Numbered from the stretch's first letter, positions 41,820 to 51,749 are shown. The stretch is 64,000 nt of DNA from Candidatus Bathyarchaeota archaeon (GCA_963780185.1 CAWABA010000006.1:64001-128000), one strand, 5' to 3'. Notes: generated by a model not told the origin, from the sequence alone. Translations and numbers: made by a program.

Positions 41820-43523
41820 TTACTTAGTTTTTCCGAGAAGGATTTTGTGGAAATTGACTTCGAACGCTGCAATAGGGTTTTCAAGTTTCCACGCCTCAAG
41901 CACAGACGGGTCAATTTCGCCCACTAAACCTACTTCGACATCGCCGACCGTTACTTTGCCTGCTCTGCCTTCGATGAAGCTTGGATGAGTGGTTTCCGCT
42001 ATTTGCCATTCGACCCCCAAGTTTCTGAAGAAAGCGTCTAGAGCTGACTTTGCCTCGGTAAAGTTGGCGTTTGCATGTGTCGTTGCCGCGCAGACCCATT
42101 CCTCATCCCGCGTCTTCGTCTCCGCCGCTTCGTCTGGCAGTGTTACTTTTCCAAGCTCGAATATTTTCTGCGGGAACTCGACGGATTGATTGTTGCTGAG
42201 GAACTCCATGAGGCTTGGCAGAAGCCAGCTGCGCAGACAAGTCATTGATGCAACTTTGGGGTTCGCGAGTTCCACATGTCCCGATGCTGTGCGGTTCATT
42301 TTTGTAAACATGTTTTCTTCGTTTGTCAGGATGTAGGTTAAGATTTCTTGGTAGCCTAAGCCAACCATTAAGTCGCGTGCGATGTTGATGCCTTGCTGTT
42401 CAGGTTTCGCTTTGCCTGTCGTAGGCATTTCACGCCAGAGCCCCGCGATGTTGTTGTAGCCGTAAGCGACGGCAACGTCTTCGATTAAGTCAACCTGATG
42501 CATCACGTCGACACGGTAGAACGGAACCACAACCTCAACGCAGCAAGCATCCACTTTGCCAACTCCTAAACCAGCCTTCAAAAGCAACCCGCCGATTTGC
42601 TTGCCTGAAAGTTCAAGCCCGAGAAGCCTGTTCGTGTACTCCACACTCAGCGGCACGGTTCGGCTGCCAAAGTCGGGCGTGACGGCGTCCATGTGTATGT
42701 CGCCTGAGGTGTCTTGGTAATTGATTGTTGCTGAGCAGGCTTTTCCTCCGCGGTCAACCAACGCAGCAGTCACCAAATTCAACGTATTAACGACGGTTCT
42801 GTTCAGTGTACCTGTGACTTCAACAAGCAGATTCCGCGATTCCTCCGTAATCTTGCCCAAATCATTCGAGTTGATGATCGGCGGGAAAGACAGGACTTTT
42901 CCTTTCGAATCAAAAAGCATCGGGTACAGCGGGTTCTTCTTCACTATGTGCCCGTACTCGACGCCTTTGGGGTGCTGCTCCAAAATCTGGTCCAACCCCA
43001 TTTTTTCGGTGAATCCTAACGGGACAAAACTGACTTCACGCGGGTCGACGGCGCGGTACTCTATGGGCGGCGTGATTAAATGGAAATTGTAGATGCCGAT
43101 TGAGGTTTTCTGGCGGTTTCTTCCGAAAGTTTTGTCCAGCTTATCCTGCAGATGCATGAGCCCGCGGATTACGGGGTCGGTTAGCTGTACGTCTTTTATG
43201 ACGGCGCAGGCGATGAAGGGACGTATGTTGAAGAGCTTCGCGTCCACGTTGACTTCCACCACGGGTTTCTCCGCCGCGTAGTGCCTCGGCCCTTTTTCTA
43301 AGCCCAGGTAGCATCGTAGCCCTCGTGCTAATCCTTCTACGCTCCACAGGTCAGGTCGGTTGGTGTCTTTCATTTCGATGCTGACGATGCCTTCCGCCTC
43401 GTTGAAAAGCTTCACTTCGGCTTTAACGTACGCCAAGATTTCGTCGAGGTTCTCCATTTTCCAATGCAGATCCAAACCGAGAAGGCGTTCAAGCTCCCGA
43501 TATTCAACGTCGATTGTCGGCAT
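41820..43523 (-). CDS. pheT: Phenylalanine--tRNA ligase beta subunit
   Basis: NRPDLWSVEG, SFPPIINS, DLIEDVAVAYGY. Confidence 0.95.
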   Translation of the reverse strand: MPTIDVEYRELERLLGLDLHWKMENLDEILAYVKAEVKLFNEAEGIVSIEMKDTNRPDLWSVEGLARGLRCYLGLEKGPRHYAAEKPVVEVNVDAKLFNIRPFIACAVIKDVQLTDPVIRGLMHLQDKLDKTFGRNRQKTSIGIYNFHLITPPIEYRAVDPREVSFVPLGFTEKMGLDQILEQHPKGVEYGHIVKKNPLYPMLFDSKGKVLSFPPIINSNDLGKITEESRNLLVEVTGTLNRTVVNTLNLVTAALVDRGGKACSATINYQDTSGDIHMDAVTPDFGSRTVPLSVEYTNRLLGLELSGKQIGGLLLKAGLGVGKVDACCVEVVVPFYRVDVMHQVDLIEDVAVAYGYNNIAGLWREMPTTGKAKPEQQGINIARDLMVGLGYQEILTYILTNEENMFTKMNRTASGHVELANPKVASMTCLRSWLLPSLMEFLSNNQSVEFPQKIFELGKVTLPDEAAETKTRDEEWVCAATTHANANFTEAKSALDAFFRNLGVEWQIAETTHPSFIEGRAGKVTVGDVEVGLVGEIDPSVLEAWKLENPIAAFEVNFHKILLGKTK

Positions 43524-45056
43524 TTACGTCACCTCTTTGCGTCTTAGCCAATCAAGGTCTTGGCTGAAAATCATCCGAATATCCTCCAGCCCCGCCTTCA
43601 TCATGAAGAGTCGGTCGACGCCTAAGCCCCATGCGATGACGGGTTCTTTGACGCCGAGAGGCAACGTGACTTCTGGACGGAAAATGCCGCTGCCGCCGAA
43701 TTCAACCCAGCCGTAGCCTTCCCGGTACGCGCTGAGTTCAACGCTGGGTTCAGTGAAAGGGAAGTAGTCGGGTTTGAAGCGGACTTTGTCGGCTCCAGCA
43801 ATTTCCATAGCGAATTTTCCCAACACACCCAGAAGATCTTTCAGGTTCAGGCTTTCGTCAATGACTATACCCTCCACCTGGTTGAATTCGGAAAGGTGCG
43901 TTCGGTCGATGAGTTCAGGGCGGTAAACCCGCGCGATGCTGAAGTGTTTGCTGGGAACTGCGAACTTTTTTGCTTCAAGTGTTCGGGCGCTAAGGCAGGT
44001 GCCGTGCCCCCGCAAAATCAGCCGCTGAGCCGCCAAGAGCGAGTACTTATATCCCCACCCCGTGGAACCCGTTGTCCAACCGTTCTCATGCGTTTCCCGC
44101 ACATGTTCAACTGCTTCGCTATGTTGGCTGACGTCGCCATATGCTGGATCCTTAGTGAAGTAGATGTCACTTTCTTCCCTTGCCGGATGATCCTGCGGCA
44201 CATAGAGGGCGTCGAAGTTGAAGAAACCCGTTTCAACCGCCGTACCCGTCATCTCTTGGAAGCCTAACTGCACGAGTTTAGCGCGGACTTCGTCGAGGAA
44301 TTGTAGGTACGGATGCTTCTTGCCGGGCCAGGTCTTAGCGACAGGCGCCGCTATGTTGTATTTTTGAAGTTTCGAAGTGTGCCATTTGCCCGTGATGATG
44401 AGTTCGGGTGTTAGCTGGGTGATTTCTTGGGGTGCGGATTTGGCTTCAGCTGCGGCTTTTTTGCCTTCTGCAGTGATTTCCAATGTGCGGCTTGTTTTAG
44501 GCTCAATAGAGAGAACTTTGCGTTTCTTAAGCGCCTCAGCAGCTTCCTTCAAATCAGCATCTTTTATTTCTTCAAGCGCAACCTGACCTTTCCCCGCCAC
44601 AATTGCAAGGAGCCTTTCATCTGCTCCCTCGGGGACAAAGGCTTGATGAACAAGGTTTTCGTTGAGTCGCAACGTGTTGTCGCTTGAAGTGTAGAGCGCC
44701 CATTTTTTTCTAATAGCCCAGCCAAGTGCAATCTGGATGAACTGAAGTTCCACACCTGCCTGCTGCGCCGCCACCTTTAGGTCTGCTGCTCCGCCCAGAG
44801 CCGCCACCGCATGGATTAATCTGCGTTCAGGCAGCCCTTCTTTGGCGTAGGTTTCTCCTTCAGCGGTTAACTTGACGACGTTTTGGTGTTTCGCGTGTAT
44901 GGCGATGAGGTTTTTTTCCGCTAGCGTGAGGCCGATGCGCATGACCGCTGAATCCTGCATAGCTGTTTTCTCGATTAGCTGCTCTACTGTGGCGTTTCCG
45001 CCGATTGCCTGCAGGGCGGATAAGAGTTGGTTTTCTTGTAGTCTAAGTTCAACCAT
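43524..45056 (-). CDS. pheS: Phenylalanine--tRNA ligase alpha subunit
   Basis: NFDALYVPQDHPARE, THLSEFNQVEG, YFPFTEPS, AWGLGVDRL. Confidence 0.95.
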   Translation of the reverse strand: MVELRLQENQLLSALQAIGGNATVEQLIEKTAMQDSAVMRIGLTLAEKNLIAIHAKHQNVVKLTAEGETYAKEGLPERRLIHAVAALGGAADLKVAAQQAGVELQFIQIALGWAIRKKWALYTSSDNTLRLNENLVHQAFVPEGADERLLAIVAGKGQVALEEIKDADLKEAAEALKKRKVLSIEPKTSRTLEITAEGKKAAAEAKSAPQEITQLTPELIITGKWHTSKLQKYNIAAPVAKTWPGKKHPYLQFLDEVRAKLVQLGFQEMTGTAVETGFFNFDALYVPQDHPAREESDIYFTKDPAYGDVSQHSEAVEHVRETHENGWTTGSTGWGYKYSLLAAQRLILRGHGTCLSARTLEAKKFAVPSKHFSIARVYRPELIDRTHLSEFNQVEGIVIDESLNLKDLLGVLGKFAMEIAGADKVRFKPDYFPFTEPSVELSAYREGYGWVEFGGSGIFRPEVTLPLGVKEPVIAWGLGVDRLFMMKAGLEDIRMIFSQDLDWLRRKEVT

Positions 45057-45184
45057 TTAGCATGCGCCTTCTAGGCTGGTGTTTTCGGAGTTTGTTAATG
45101 GATAGTTCTTGTGCCTCAAATAAAAGCATGCTGATAACCACCCAAAAGCGCCTCTGAGCCAAGCGTTGGGTTGCAGGAGAAAGT

Positions 45185-45251
45185 TGGTTAAGGGCTGTCT
45201 GGAACCTTCAGGAAGAGAGAAGGGGGTGAACCAGAAGGCAACCCTTAACCA
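45185..45251 (-). ncRNA. Candidate structured small RNA (long imperfect hairpin)
   Basis: TGGTTAAGGG pairs with CCCTTAACCA, plus inner TCTGG/CCAGA and CCTTC/GAAGG stems. A TATA-like TTTTAT lies upstream on the minus strand. Confidence 0.4.
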
Positions 45252-45509
45252 GACTGGTAATCAAACGAGTTAGCATAAAAGCTTTGCGTTAAATCATGCC
45301 TTTATGTTTAATCATGTATTCTGGTCGGGGTTTGCTAAGTCATGAGAGCGAAACTGGTTTTATTGTTGTTGTTTTCAACGTGTTGAAAAAATGTTATTCC
45401 TAATTCTTCGCACACAGGGTTTTATTTTTTCCAAAAGATTGTGATGTATGCACAAAGCTTGCCATCAAATGACAAGGTGTAAAGTAAAAACGTAGGATTG
45501 AAAAAATAA

Positions 45510-47249
45510 ATGAACTTTTACGCCTTGCTATACCTCTGTGCAAGTACGGTTTCTGTTACTTTAGGAATAAGTGTATATTTCATAAACAAGAAATCGGTCG
45601 TAAACAGGCTGTTTCTCTGTTTAATGTCAGCTAACGCTTACTGGGCCTTCTGCGATTTTATGATGAGTCAGACAAGTTCTTTTGAGACCGCCCTTTTATG
45701 GAGCAAGGTGCTTACTTTTTGGCCCTTTGTTCCTGTGCTTATGCTGCATTTTGGACTTGCCTTCACAGAAAATGACCTGCTAAAAAACAAGTTAATTTAC
45801 GTGGTGCTGTATGTTCCTGCTTTGTTTTTCTCCCTGATTGATTTAACTACCCACTGGGTCTCCGTGGTTCCTGCACTCCAGCCTTGGGGATACGCCACCA
45901 CTTACCCCGCGTCCTCGGTTGGTACAAGGTCTGATGGTCTTTGGGCTGGAGTCCTTGCGCTTTTGACGATCTTCTTATTCATAAATTATTACAATCGCCT
46001 TATAGACAAAACAAGAAAGCAGCAGACCAAATTCGTGGCTATCGGTTTAGCAATTCCTATTTTCATTTCACTGGTGACTGATTCCCTATTTGTTGTTGAG
46101 GGTGTCAATTTTCCAGTTTTAGGCAGTATCTCTGGGACTTTTACGAGTCTTTTAGTAGTTTACGCCATGCTTAGGCATGAACTGTTTGGCTTTAGACCCG
46201 AGATCGCGGCTGAAAACGTTTTTTCTTCAATGCTTGACGCAATTCTTCTTGTTAACCTAGACGGAACCGTGATTAAGGTTAATCGGTCTCTTGTTGAGCT
46301 CTCTGGTTTCGAGGAAAAGCAGATTCTTGAAAAATCCATCGGCTACATCATGCAAAGAGTAAACGTCCTCAATAAGGAGGGTGTGCCGCCGCAAATTATG
46401 GCTGAACTGAATAAACGTCGCGAGTTGAGCAATTATGAGTTAACGTTCCTCTCGAAGTCTGGCCAATTGAAAACCTGCATGTTGTCCTGCTCCGTGGTTA
46501 GCGATGGCAATGACGAAGATGTCGGCGTGGCGTTTGTTCTACATGATGTGACCGAGCATAAGGAGATGGAGCGAAAACTGCTTAAGGCTGAGCGGTTTGC
46601 TTCCATCGGCGAGTTAGCTGGGATTTTAGGTCATGATCTGAGGAATCCTCTGGAAGCCATCAGGGCGGGTTCTTACTATTTGAAGAAAAAACACGCTGAC
46701 ATCATGGACAGTAACGACTTGCTGATATTTGGAAGCATAGAAAATAGCATCAGCTACTCTGACAAAATAGTCAGCGACCTGATAGATTACGCAAGCGAAA
46801 TAAATCTGGAACACCAATCTGCTACGCCCAAATCACTGGTGACAGGCGCTTTAGCCCTCGTCTTGTCGCCGCAGAACGTTCAAGTTATAGATGAAACCCA
46901 CGAGGTGCCATTATTCCATGTTGACTCGGACAAAATCCGCCGAGCATTCATGAACATAATAAAGAACGCGTTTGACGCGATGCCTAACGGAGGAAAATTA
47001 ACCATAAAAAGCCGCGAGAACGCTGGTATTGTGCATTTCAGTTTTACCGACACAGGCGATGGGATGACACAGGAAACCTTGAGTAAAATTTGGACGCCTC
47101 TTTTCACGACAAAAGCCAAGGGGATGGGTTTCGGATTAGCAAACTGCAAAAGAATCATTGAAGCACACGAAGGAAAAATCAACGCTCAAAGCCAGCTTAA
47201 AACGGGAACGACAATCACGGTTGAACTGCCGCTTTGTTCTGAGGTTTAG
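45510..47249 (+). CDS. Membrane sensor histidine kinase (7TM N-terminus, PAS, HisKA, HATPase)
   Basis: Seven hydrophobic segments, HDVTEHK, GHDLRNPL, NAFDAM, DTGDG, FTTK, GFGL. Confidence 0.9.
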   Translation: MNFYALLYLCASTVSVTLGISVYFINKKSVVNRLFLCLMSANAYWAFCDFMMSQTSSFETALLWSKVLTFWPFVPVLMLHFGLAFTENDLLKNKLIYVVLYVPALFFSLIDLTTHWVSVVPALQPWGYATTYPASSVGTRSDGLWAGVLALLTIFLFINYYNRLIDKTRKQQTKFVAIGLAIPIFISLVTDSLFVVEGVNFPVLGSISGTFTSLLVVYAMLRHELFGFRPEIAAENVFSSMLDAILLVNLDGTVIKVNRSLVELSGFEEKQILEKSIGYIMQRVNVLNKEGVPPQIMAELNKRRELSNYELTFLSKSGQLKTCMLSCSVVSDGNDEDVGVAFVLHDVTEHKEMERKLLKAERFASIGELAGILGHDLRNPLEAIRAGSYYLKKKHADIMDSNDLLIFGSIENSISYSDKIVSDLIDYASEINLEHQSATPKSLVTGALALVLSPQNVQVIDETHEVPLFHVDSDKIRRAFMNIIKNAFDAMPNGGKLTIKSRENAGIVHFSFTDTGDGMTQETLSKIWTPLFTTKAKGMGFGLANCKRIIEAHEGKINAQSQLKTGTTITVELPLCSEV

Positions 47250-47305
47250 GACCTGTAAAGCGTAGGCTAAGTTTTAACCTGCAACGTTTTAGGTGTCATG
47301 CCTGC

Positions 47306-47485
47306 CTAAGCCATCGCTATTTTCCGCATTTGAAGGTTTTCTAAGTCGAGGCATTCGTCGCAGAGGTCAGAAGTCGGTCTGCCGAGGCGTTTCCGAATGA
47401 CGACGCTAGGGTACTGCTTGCAGTCTTTCTGCCAATGCCACCTGTCAGGCTCAAGACCCTTAACATACTCAACATTTTCCGCCAA
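47306..47485 (-). CDS. 59-aa Cys/His small protein (MAENVEYVKGLEPDRWHWQKDCKQYP...DLCDECLDLE...)
   Basis: GGAGG Shine-Dalgarno before the TTG start, H...C...CxxC ligand set. Below the ORF-track cutoff. Confidence 0.6.
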   Translation of the reverse strand: MAENVEYVKGLEPDRWHWQKDCKQYPSVVIRKRLGRPTSDLCDECLDLENLQMRKIAMA

Positions 47486-47599
47486 TCTGAAACCTCCAAC
47501 AAAGCTTCAATTAGCACAGTATAATATGCATGAACTGTTATTTTTAATTTGCCAATCCCTTAAATAGGGTCAAAAAAAGGCTGGTTAGCCATATGGAGC

Positions 47600-47704
47600 T
47601 TATTTTGCTTTGCCAGCTTTCTTAGCGCAGGCATCACTGCAATATTTGCTCTTGGCGTTAAACGTCGTGTAAACCCGTTTGCAAACTGGGCACTTCTTAT
47701 CCAA
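47600..47704 (-). CDS. 34-aa C4 zinc-finger micro-protein (MDKKCPVCKR...KYCSDAC...)
   Basis: CxxC-x15-CxxxC, with GGAGAGG upstream of the TTG start. Confidence 0.55.
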   Translation of the reverse strand: MDKKCPVCKRVYTTFNAKSKYCSDACAKKAGKAK

Positions 47705-47838
47705 ACTATACAACCTCTCCCAAACATGTGTGCGCTTATGCTTAAAACTTTTTGTGAAGAACCAAAAAAACGTAAAGTTGGCTCCAATTGCGTCGTGTTT
47801 CGAAGTCAACGGTTGGCTCAGGGTGGCTGTCTTGAAGG

Positions 47839-48806
47839 CTAAGTGTTTTTGAGAACCTTTTCACTGCGCTTTCTTTTGGTCCTCACCACAAGCCCGTAAA
47901 CCGCTATAATTACTATGATTACCCCCACGTAAAGAATGAAGGCTGCAGGGCTTAACAAGCCAAGAAGAATCGGCGATGCGCCGTCGGGGTTGGTGACTGA
48001 CGCGTTGTTGGGGTACCCGCGGCTTTCCCAGTATCCACGGTAGTTTGAGTCGTTTGACACATCGATCTCTGTTACCCAACGTATCCACTTGTACCCGTAT
48101 TGGTCTTGAGGTATAAGCATCAGAGGCCAACCTGCGGCAGCGGTTAGGGTTACGTTGTTCATTTTGTAGGCAAGGGTCAAGTTGTTCTGCTCTGCATAGG
48201 TGAGGGGAAGCGAGGTGGTGTAGCCGTCGGAGGCGGTGAAGATGAGGGTGTTGGCGTTTGGGCTGACGCCTGCCTCTTTTATGAGGTCGCTGACAAGGGC
48301 GCCTTGCCAAAGACACGTGGCGCTCCAGCCTTCTACGCAGATAAGCGGGGCGACATACTGGTAAGAAGTGAAGTTATTGACTACGTCGCTGTAGGTGTAC
48401 TCCACTGGTTGATTCACTAAGCCAGTGACTGTTAAACGGTAAGTTGACTGGTTCAAGACCTGCACTCCTCCGATAGACACGTCTGGATGGGAAGATAGTT
48501 CGTCAAGGTAGGCGTTTATCGGCGTCAAGTTTTGCCCCTCAAATTGGGTGACTTCTCCGGGAAAAAGGTGTGACCCTGGCCCAGGCGTAGGCTGAACCGT
48601 CGTGGACGGCATCGGAGAAGCGGTGGGCGAAGGAGAACCTGACCCGCGTTGGAAGTTTGTTTGGAGGAAGCCGTCGGGGCGGGGGAGGGCGTGGGCGTCG
48701 AGGAAGGTTTAGAAGCGTTCTCAAAAACAAACAGCGACACAATCAGCACCGCCACTAACAACAACACGACCAAAACTGCTCTCTTGTGCTGTTTAAGAAC
48801 TTGCAT
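47839..48806 (-). CDS. Extracytoplasmic molybdopterin-dependent oxidoreductase (sulfite oxidase/MsrP family), frameshift in the Pro/Ser/Thr linker
   Basis: Signal anchor, LICVEGWS, DGYTTSL, GWPL, YGYKW, GYWESRGY and a C-terminal TM helix. Confidence 0.85.
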
Positions 48807-49027
48807 CCTAAAATAATAGTGAGGCTGTTTCCATATTTATCTGTAACGCGAGAGCCTCCTATACAAACAAAATTGAACAAACGTACAGCTATTTGGTTGT
48901 TAAAACTTATTTTTTGGACATTTAATTTTTTACGAGCGTTTTTTTGGACAAACAGATAATTTTTTAAGTGAGCCAACACAATCATTCTTTAGGTAAGAAT
49001 AACCCAAAACAAGTTGAATGAGGAATC

Positions 49028-49297
49028 TTGGATGAAAATTCAACCCACCCTACATTGGAACAACTTCACCGTACCCGAACTCAAAGACATCCTGGAACAC
49101 TGCACAGCACTGAAAGACTCGGGATCGCCCAAGACGAACAAATGATGTGCTCCATCGAAAGAGACATCGCTATACGCGAAAATAAAACGTGCCCGATACC
49201 CTACGCGCTAAAAACTACAAAAATAAAACAACAAATCACAAGGGGCGAAAGCGGGAAGCAACAACCACAACACTATGTATTGGAACAAGCCGCCTGA
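49028..49297 (+). CDS. Hypothetical small protein, probably frameshifted
   Basis: An alternative frame reads WNNFTVPELKDILEHC and appears to join GIAQDEQMMCSIERDIAIRE. Confidence 0.35.
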   Translation: MDENSTHPTLEQLHRTRTQRHPGTLHSTERLGIAQDEQMMCSIERDIAIRENKTCPIPYALKTTKIKQQITRGESGKQQPQHYVLEQAA

Positions 49298-49379
49298 CGG
49301 TGAGGGGAAATAAGCTACTTATCGATTGGGTTGGTAGCTGTAAGGCTCGAAAACCAAAAACGTAAAACTGTTTTATAAA

Positions 49380-49440
49380 CGATATTAGCGTTTATCGGTA
49401 AGCCAAAATATTGTTCTTAACCGATATGTTGAAATATCGG
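49380..49440 (+). promoter_or_regulatory. Two CGATA-N8-TATCG operators upstream of the Fic-HTH gene
   Basis: Sites at 49380-49397 and 49421-49440, with TTTTATAA at 49371. Confidence 0.6.
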
Positions 49441-49448
49441 ATTGAAGC

Positions 49449-50426
49449 TTGTTGAAAGTCTCTATGAACTTACTCGATGAAAGAATCCATGAACGAATCA
49501 TTGCTAAGAAGATTCGGCTAGATAGTTATAGACCTCTTTCTGAAAGCCTCGTCAGAAAACTGCACGAAAACATGGAAATCGCCTACACCTACAATTCGAA
49601 CGCCATCGAAGGCAATACTCTGACTTTACAAGAAACCAAGTTAGTGATTAGAGAAGGCATTACGGTAAACGGAAAAAGCCTTAGCGAGCATCTGGAAGCT
49701 GTTAATCACCCAAAAGCCATCGCCTATATCGAATGCATGATAAAGAACAAAATAGAGGAAAAAAATATTCTTGAGTTACATAACATACTTTTTTCCGGTT
49801 TTTGCGAGAATGCAGGAAATTACCGGAACTGTCAGGTTTACATTGAGGGCAGGGACTACATGCCTCCGCCAGCATTTGAAGTGCCCGAATTAATGAATTC
49901 TTTGATCAAATGGTTGGATAATAACCCAGAAGAATTAAGACCAATAGAGTTGGCCGCTATCTTCCATCATAAACTTGTATTCATTCATCCCTTTGACGAT
50001 GGAAATGGGCGGGTAGGCAGGTTACTGATGAATCTCATTCTAATAAAAAATGGCTATCCCTTAACTGTAATTAGGCAGGTTGACAGACGAAGATACTACA
50101 ACACTCTCATGAAAGCTGATAATGGCGATCCAAAAACTTTGGTGAATTTTGTCGCCCGTTGTGTTGAACAATCACTAGATATCTACTTGAGCTCTGTGGA
50201 ACCAAGTGAACGTAAGAATAAGCTTCTGAGTCTAGCTGAAGCATCAAAATTAACGCCATATAGCCAAGAGTATCTAAGTTTGCTTGCTCGACGAGGCATC
50301 ATTGGGGCTGTTAAGGTGGGCAGAAACTGGCAAGTAAGTCAAAATGCATTAGAAGAATATCTATCCAAATTATCAAAGACCAAAGGTAAAAGCCGGCGGG
50401 TTAGAGAGACTCTGCATCAATCTTGA
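49449..50426 (+). CDS. Fic-family protein with C-terminal HTH (excisionase-like)
   Basis: SNAIEGN inhibitory motif, HPFDDGNGRVGR catalytic motif and LSLAEASKLTPYSQEYLSLLARRG HTH. Confidence 0.9.
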   Translation: MLKVSMNLLDERIHERIIAKKIRLDSYRPLSESLVRKLHENMEIAYTYNSNAIEGNTLTLQETKLVIREGITVNGKSLSEHLEAVNHPKAIAYIECMIKNKIEEKNILELHNILFSGFCENAGNYRNCQVYIEGRDYMPPPAFEVPELMNSLIKWLDNNPEELRPIELAAIFHHKLVFIHPFDDGNGRVGRLLMNLILIKNGYPLTVIRQVDRRRYYNTLMKADNGDPKTLVNFVARCVEQSLDIYLSSVEPSERKNKLLSLAEASKLTPYSQEYLSLLARRGIIGAVKVGRNWQVSQNALEEYLSKLSKTKGKSRRVRETLHQS

Positions 50427-50503
50427 AGATTGGAAATCAGTTCGTTTTGTTTATATATTGGTTCTTGGACTATGCATGTGCAAAAAGAAGGAATATCTAA
50501 AGT

Positions 50504-50944
50504 ATGGGTTCCAAATCACCAAGAGGAGAATTCGCCGCCAGGCAGCTAAAAGCTAAACGGAAGAATTTCCGCTGGCACGATCGTTATTTTAACCGTCGCA
50601 TGCTTATGCTCGACGAGAAAGTTGACCCGATGCAGGGCGCACCCCAAGCAAGAGGCATCGTTCTGGAAAAAGTCGGTGTTGAATCAAAACAGCCGAACAG
50701 CGCCATCCGCAAATGCGTCCGCACACAACTCATCAAAAACGGCAGAACAATCACTGCATTCCTGCCCGGAGACGGCGCCCTAAACGTCGTTGACGAACAC
50801 GACGAAGTCGTTGTTGAAGGCATCGGCGGAACAAGAGGCGGAGCAATGGGCGACATTCCAGGAGTCAGATGGAAGGTCGTCATGGTTAACGGCGTAAGCC
50901 TAAACGAACTCGTCTATGGACGGAAACAGAAACCAGCAAGGTAA
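50504..50944 (+). CDS. rps12: 30S ribosomal protein uS12 (archaeal S12/S23)
   Basis: [24 protein letters not shown]. Confidence 0.97.
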   Translation: MGSKSPRGEFAARQLKAKRKNFRWHDRYFNRRMLMLDEKVDPMQGAPQARGIVLEKVGVESKQPNSAIRKCVRTQLIKNGRTITAFLPGDGALNVVDEHDEVVVEGIGGTRGGAMGDIPGVRWKVVMVNGVSLNELVYGRKQKPAR

Positions 50945-50949
50945 TTTGT

Positions 50950-51537
50950 ATGTCACAAACTGTAGCTCAACCTCAAGAAATCATGCTTTTCCAGAAATGG
51001 AGTTTCAAAGACATATCAGTAGTAGACATCGGACTGCAAAGGTACCTAAACTTGACCCCGATGGTTGCCCCACACAGCATGGGACGCCACGAACACCAAA
51101 GATTCCGCAAAGCCAAAGTCAACATCGTTGAACGCCTAATCAACAACATGATGCGTCCAGGCAAAAACTCAGGCAAAAAAGCCAAAGTCACCAACATAGT
51201 CAAAGAAGCCTTCGAAATCATCTACATACGCACGGGCAGAAACCCAATCGAAGTCCTCGTTAAAGCTGTTGAAAACGCTTCTCCATGCGAAGACACCACG
51301 CGTGTTAGTTACGGTGGAGTCGTTTACCACCTATCAGTTGACGTCGCACCGCAACGCCGCATAGACCTCGCCATAAGACACATAGCTGAAGGCGCACGCT
51401 TAGCCAGCGCAAACACCCCACGCAGCATCCAAGAAGGACTCGCAGACGAACTGATCCTGGCAGCAAACAAAGACATCAAGAGCGCAGGCGTAGCAAAACG
51501 CAACGAAATCGAACGCGTCGCACAATCCAGCAGATAA
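50950..51537 (+). CDS. rps7: 30S ribosomal protein uS7
   Basis: IVERLINN, NPIEVLVKAVEN, VDVAPQRRID, ERVAQSSR. Confidence 0.97.
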   Translation: MSQTVAQPQEIMLFQKWSFKDISVVDIGLQRYLNLTPMVAPHSMGRHEHQRFRKAKVNIVERLINNMMRPGKNSGKKAKVTNIVKEAFEIIYIRTGRNPIEVLVKAVENASPCEDTTRVSYGGVVYHLSVDVAPQRRIDLAIRHIAEGARLASANTPRSIQEGLADELILAANKDIKSAGVAKRNEIERVAQSSR

Positions 51538-51648
51538 ACAAAAATCTCCAACCTTATTTTTCCGTTTTCTTTTCGTTTAGTACCCATTGAATACGTGAGA
51601 GTTGGCTCCGCCTATGGTTAAGCACGGAAACGGGGTGGACTCGGGTTT

Positions 51649-51690
51649 AGTCAAGGTTTCTTGACTGGAATTCGTCAAGGAATCTTTACG
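51649..51690. promoter_or_regulatory. Tandem GTCAAG-N4-CTT(G/T)AC palindromes
   Basis: AGTCAAG-gttt-CTTGACT and CGTCAAG-gaat-CTTTACG, just upstream of TTTTAT and the 51750 gene. Confidence 0.55.
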
Positions 51691-51749
51691 AGAACCCTTT
51701 TATCGGCACCTAAACCTCCAAGTCAAATGGAGCAAGAGGTGTCCCAAAA

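Noticed and set aside
51590-51650. GC-rich stretch after rps7 as a tRNA
   Set aside because: No cloverleaf, T-loop GTTC motif or acceptor-stem pairing could be built.
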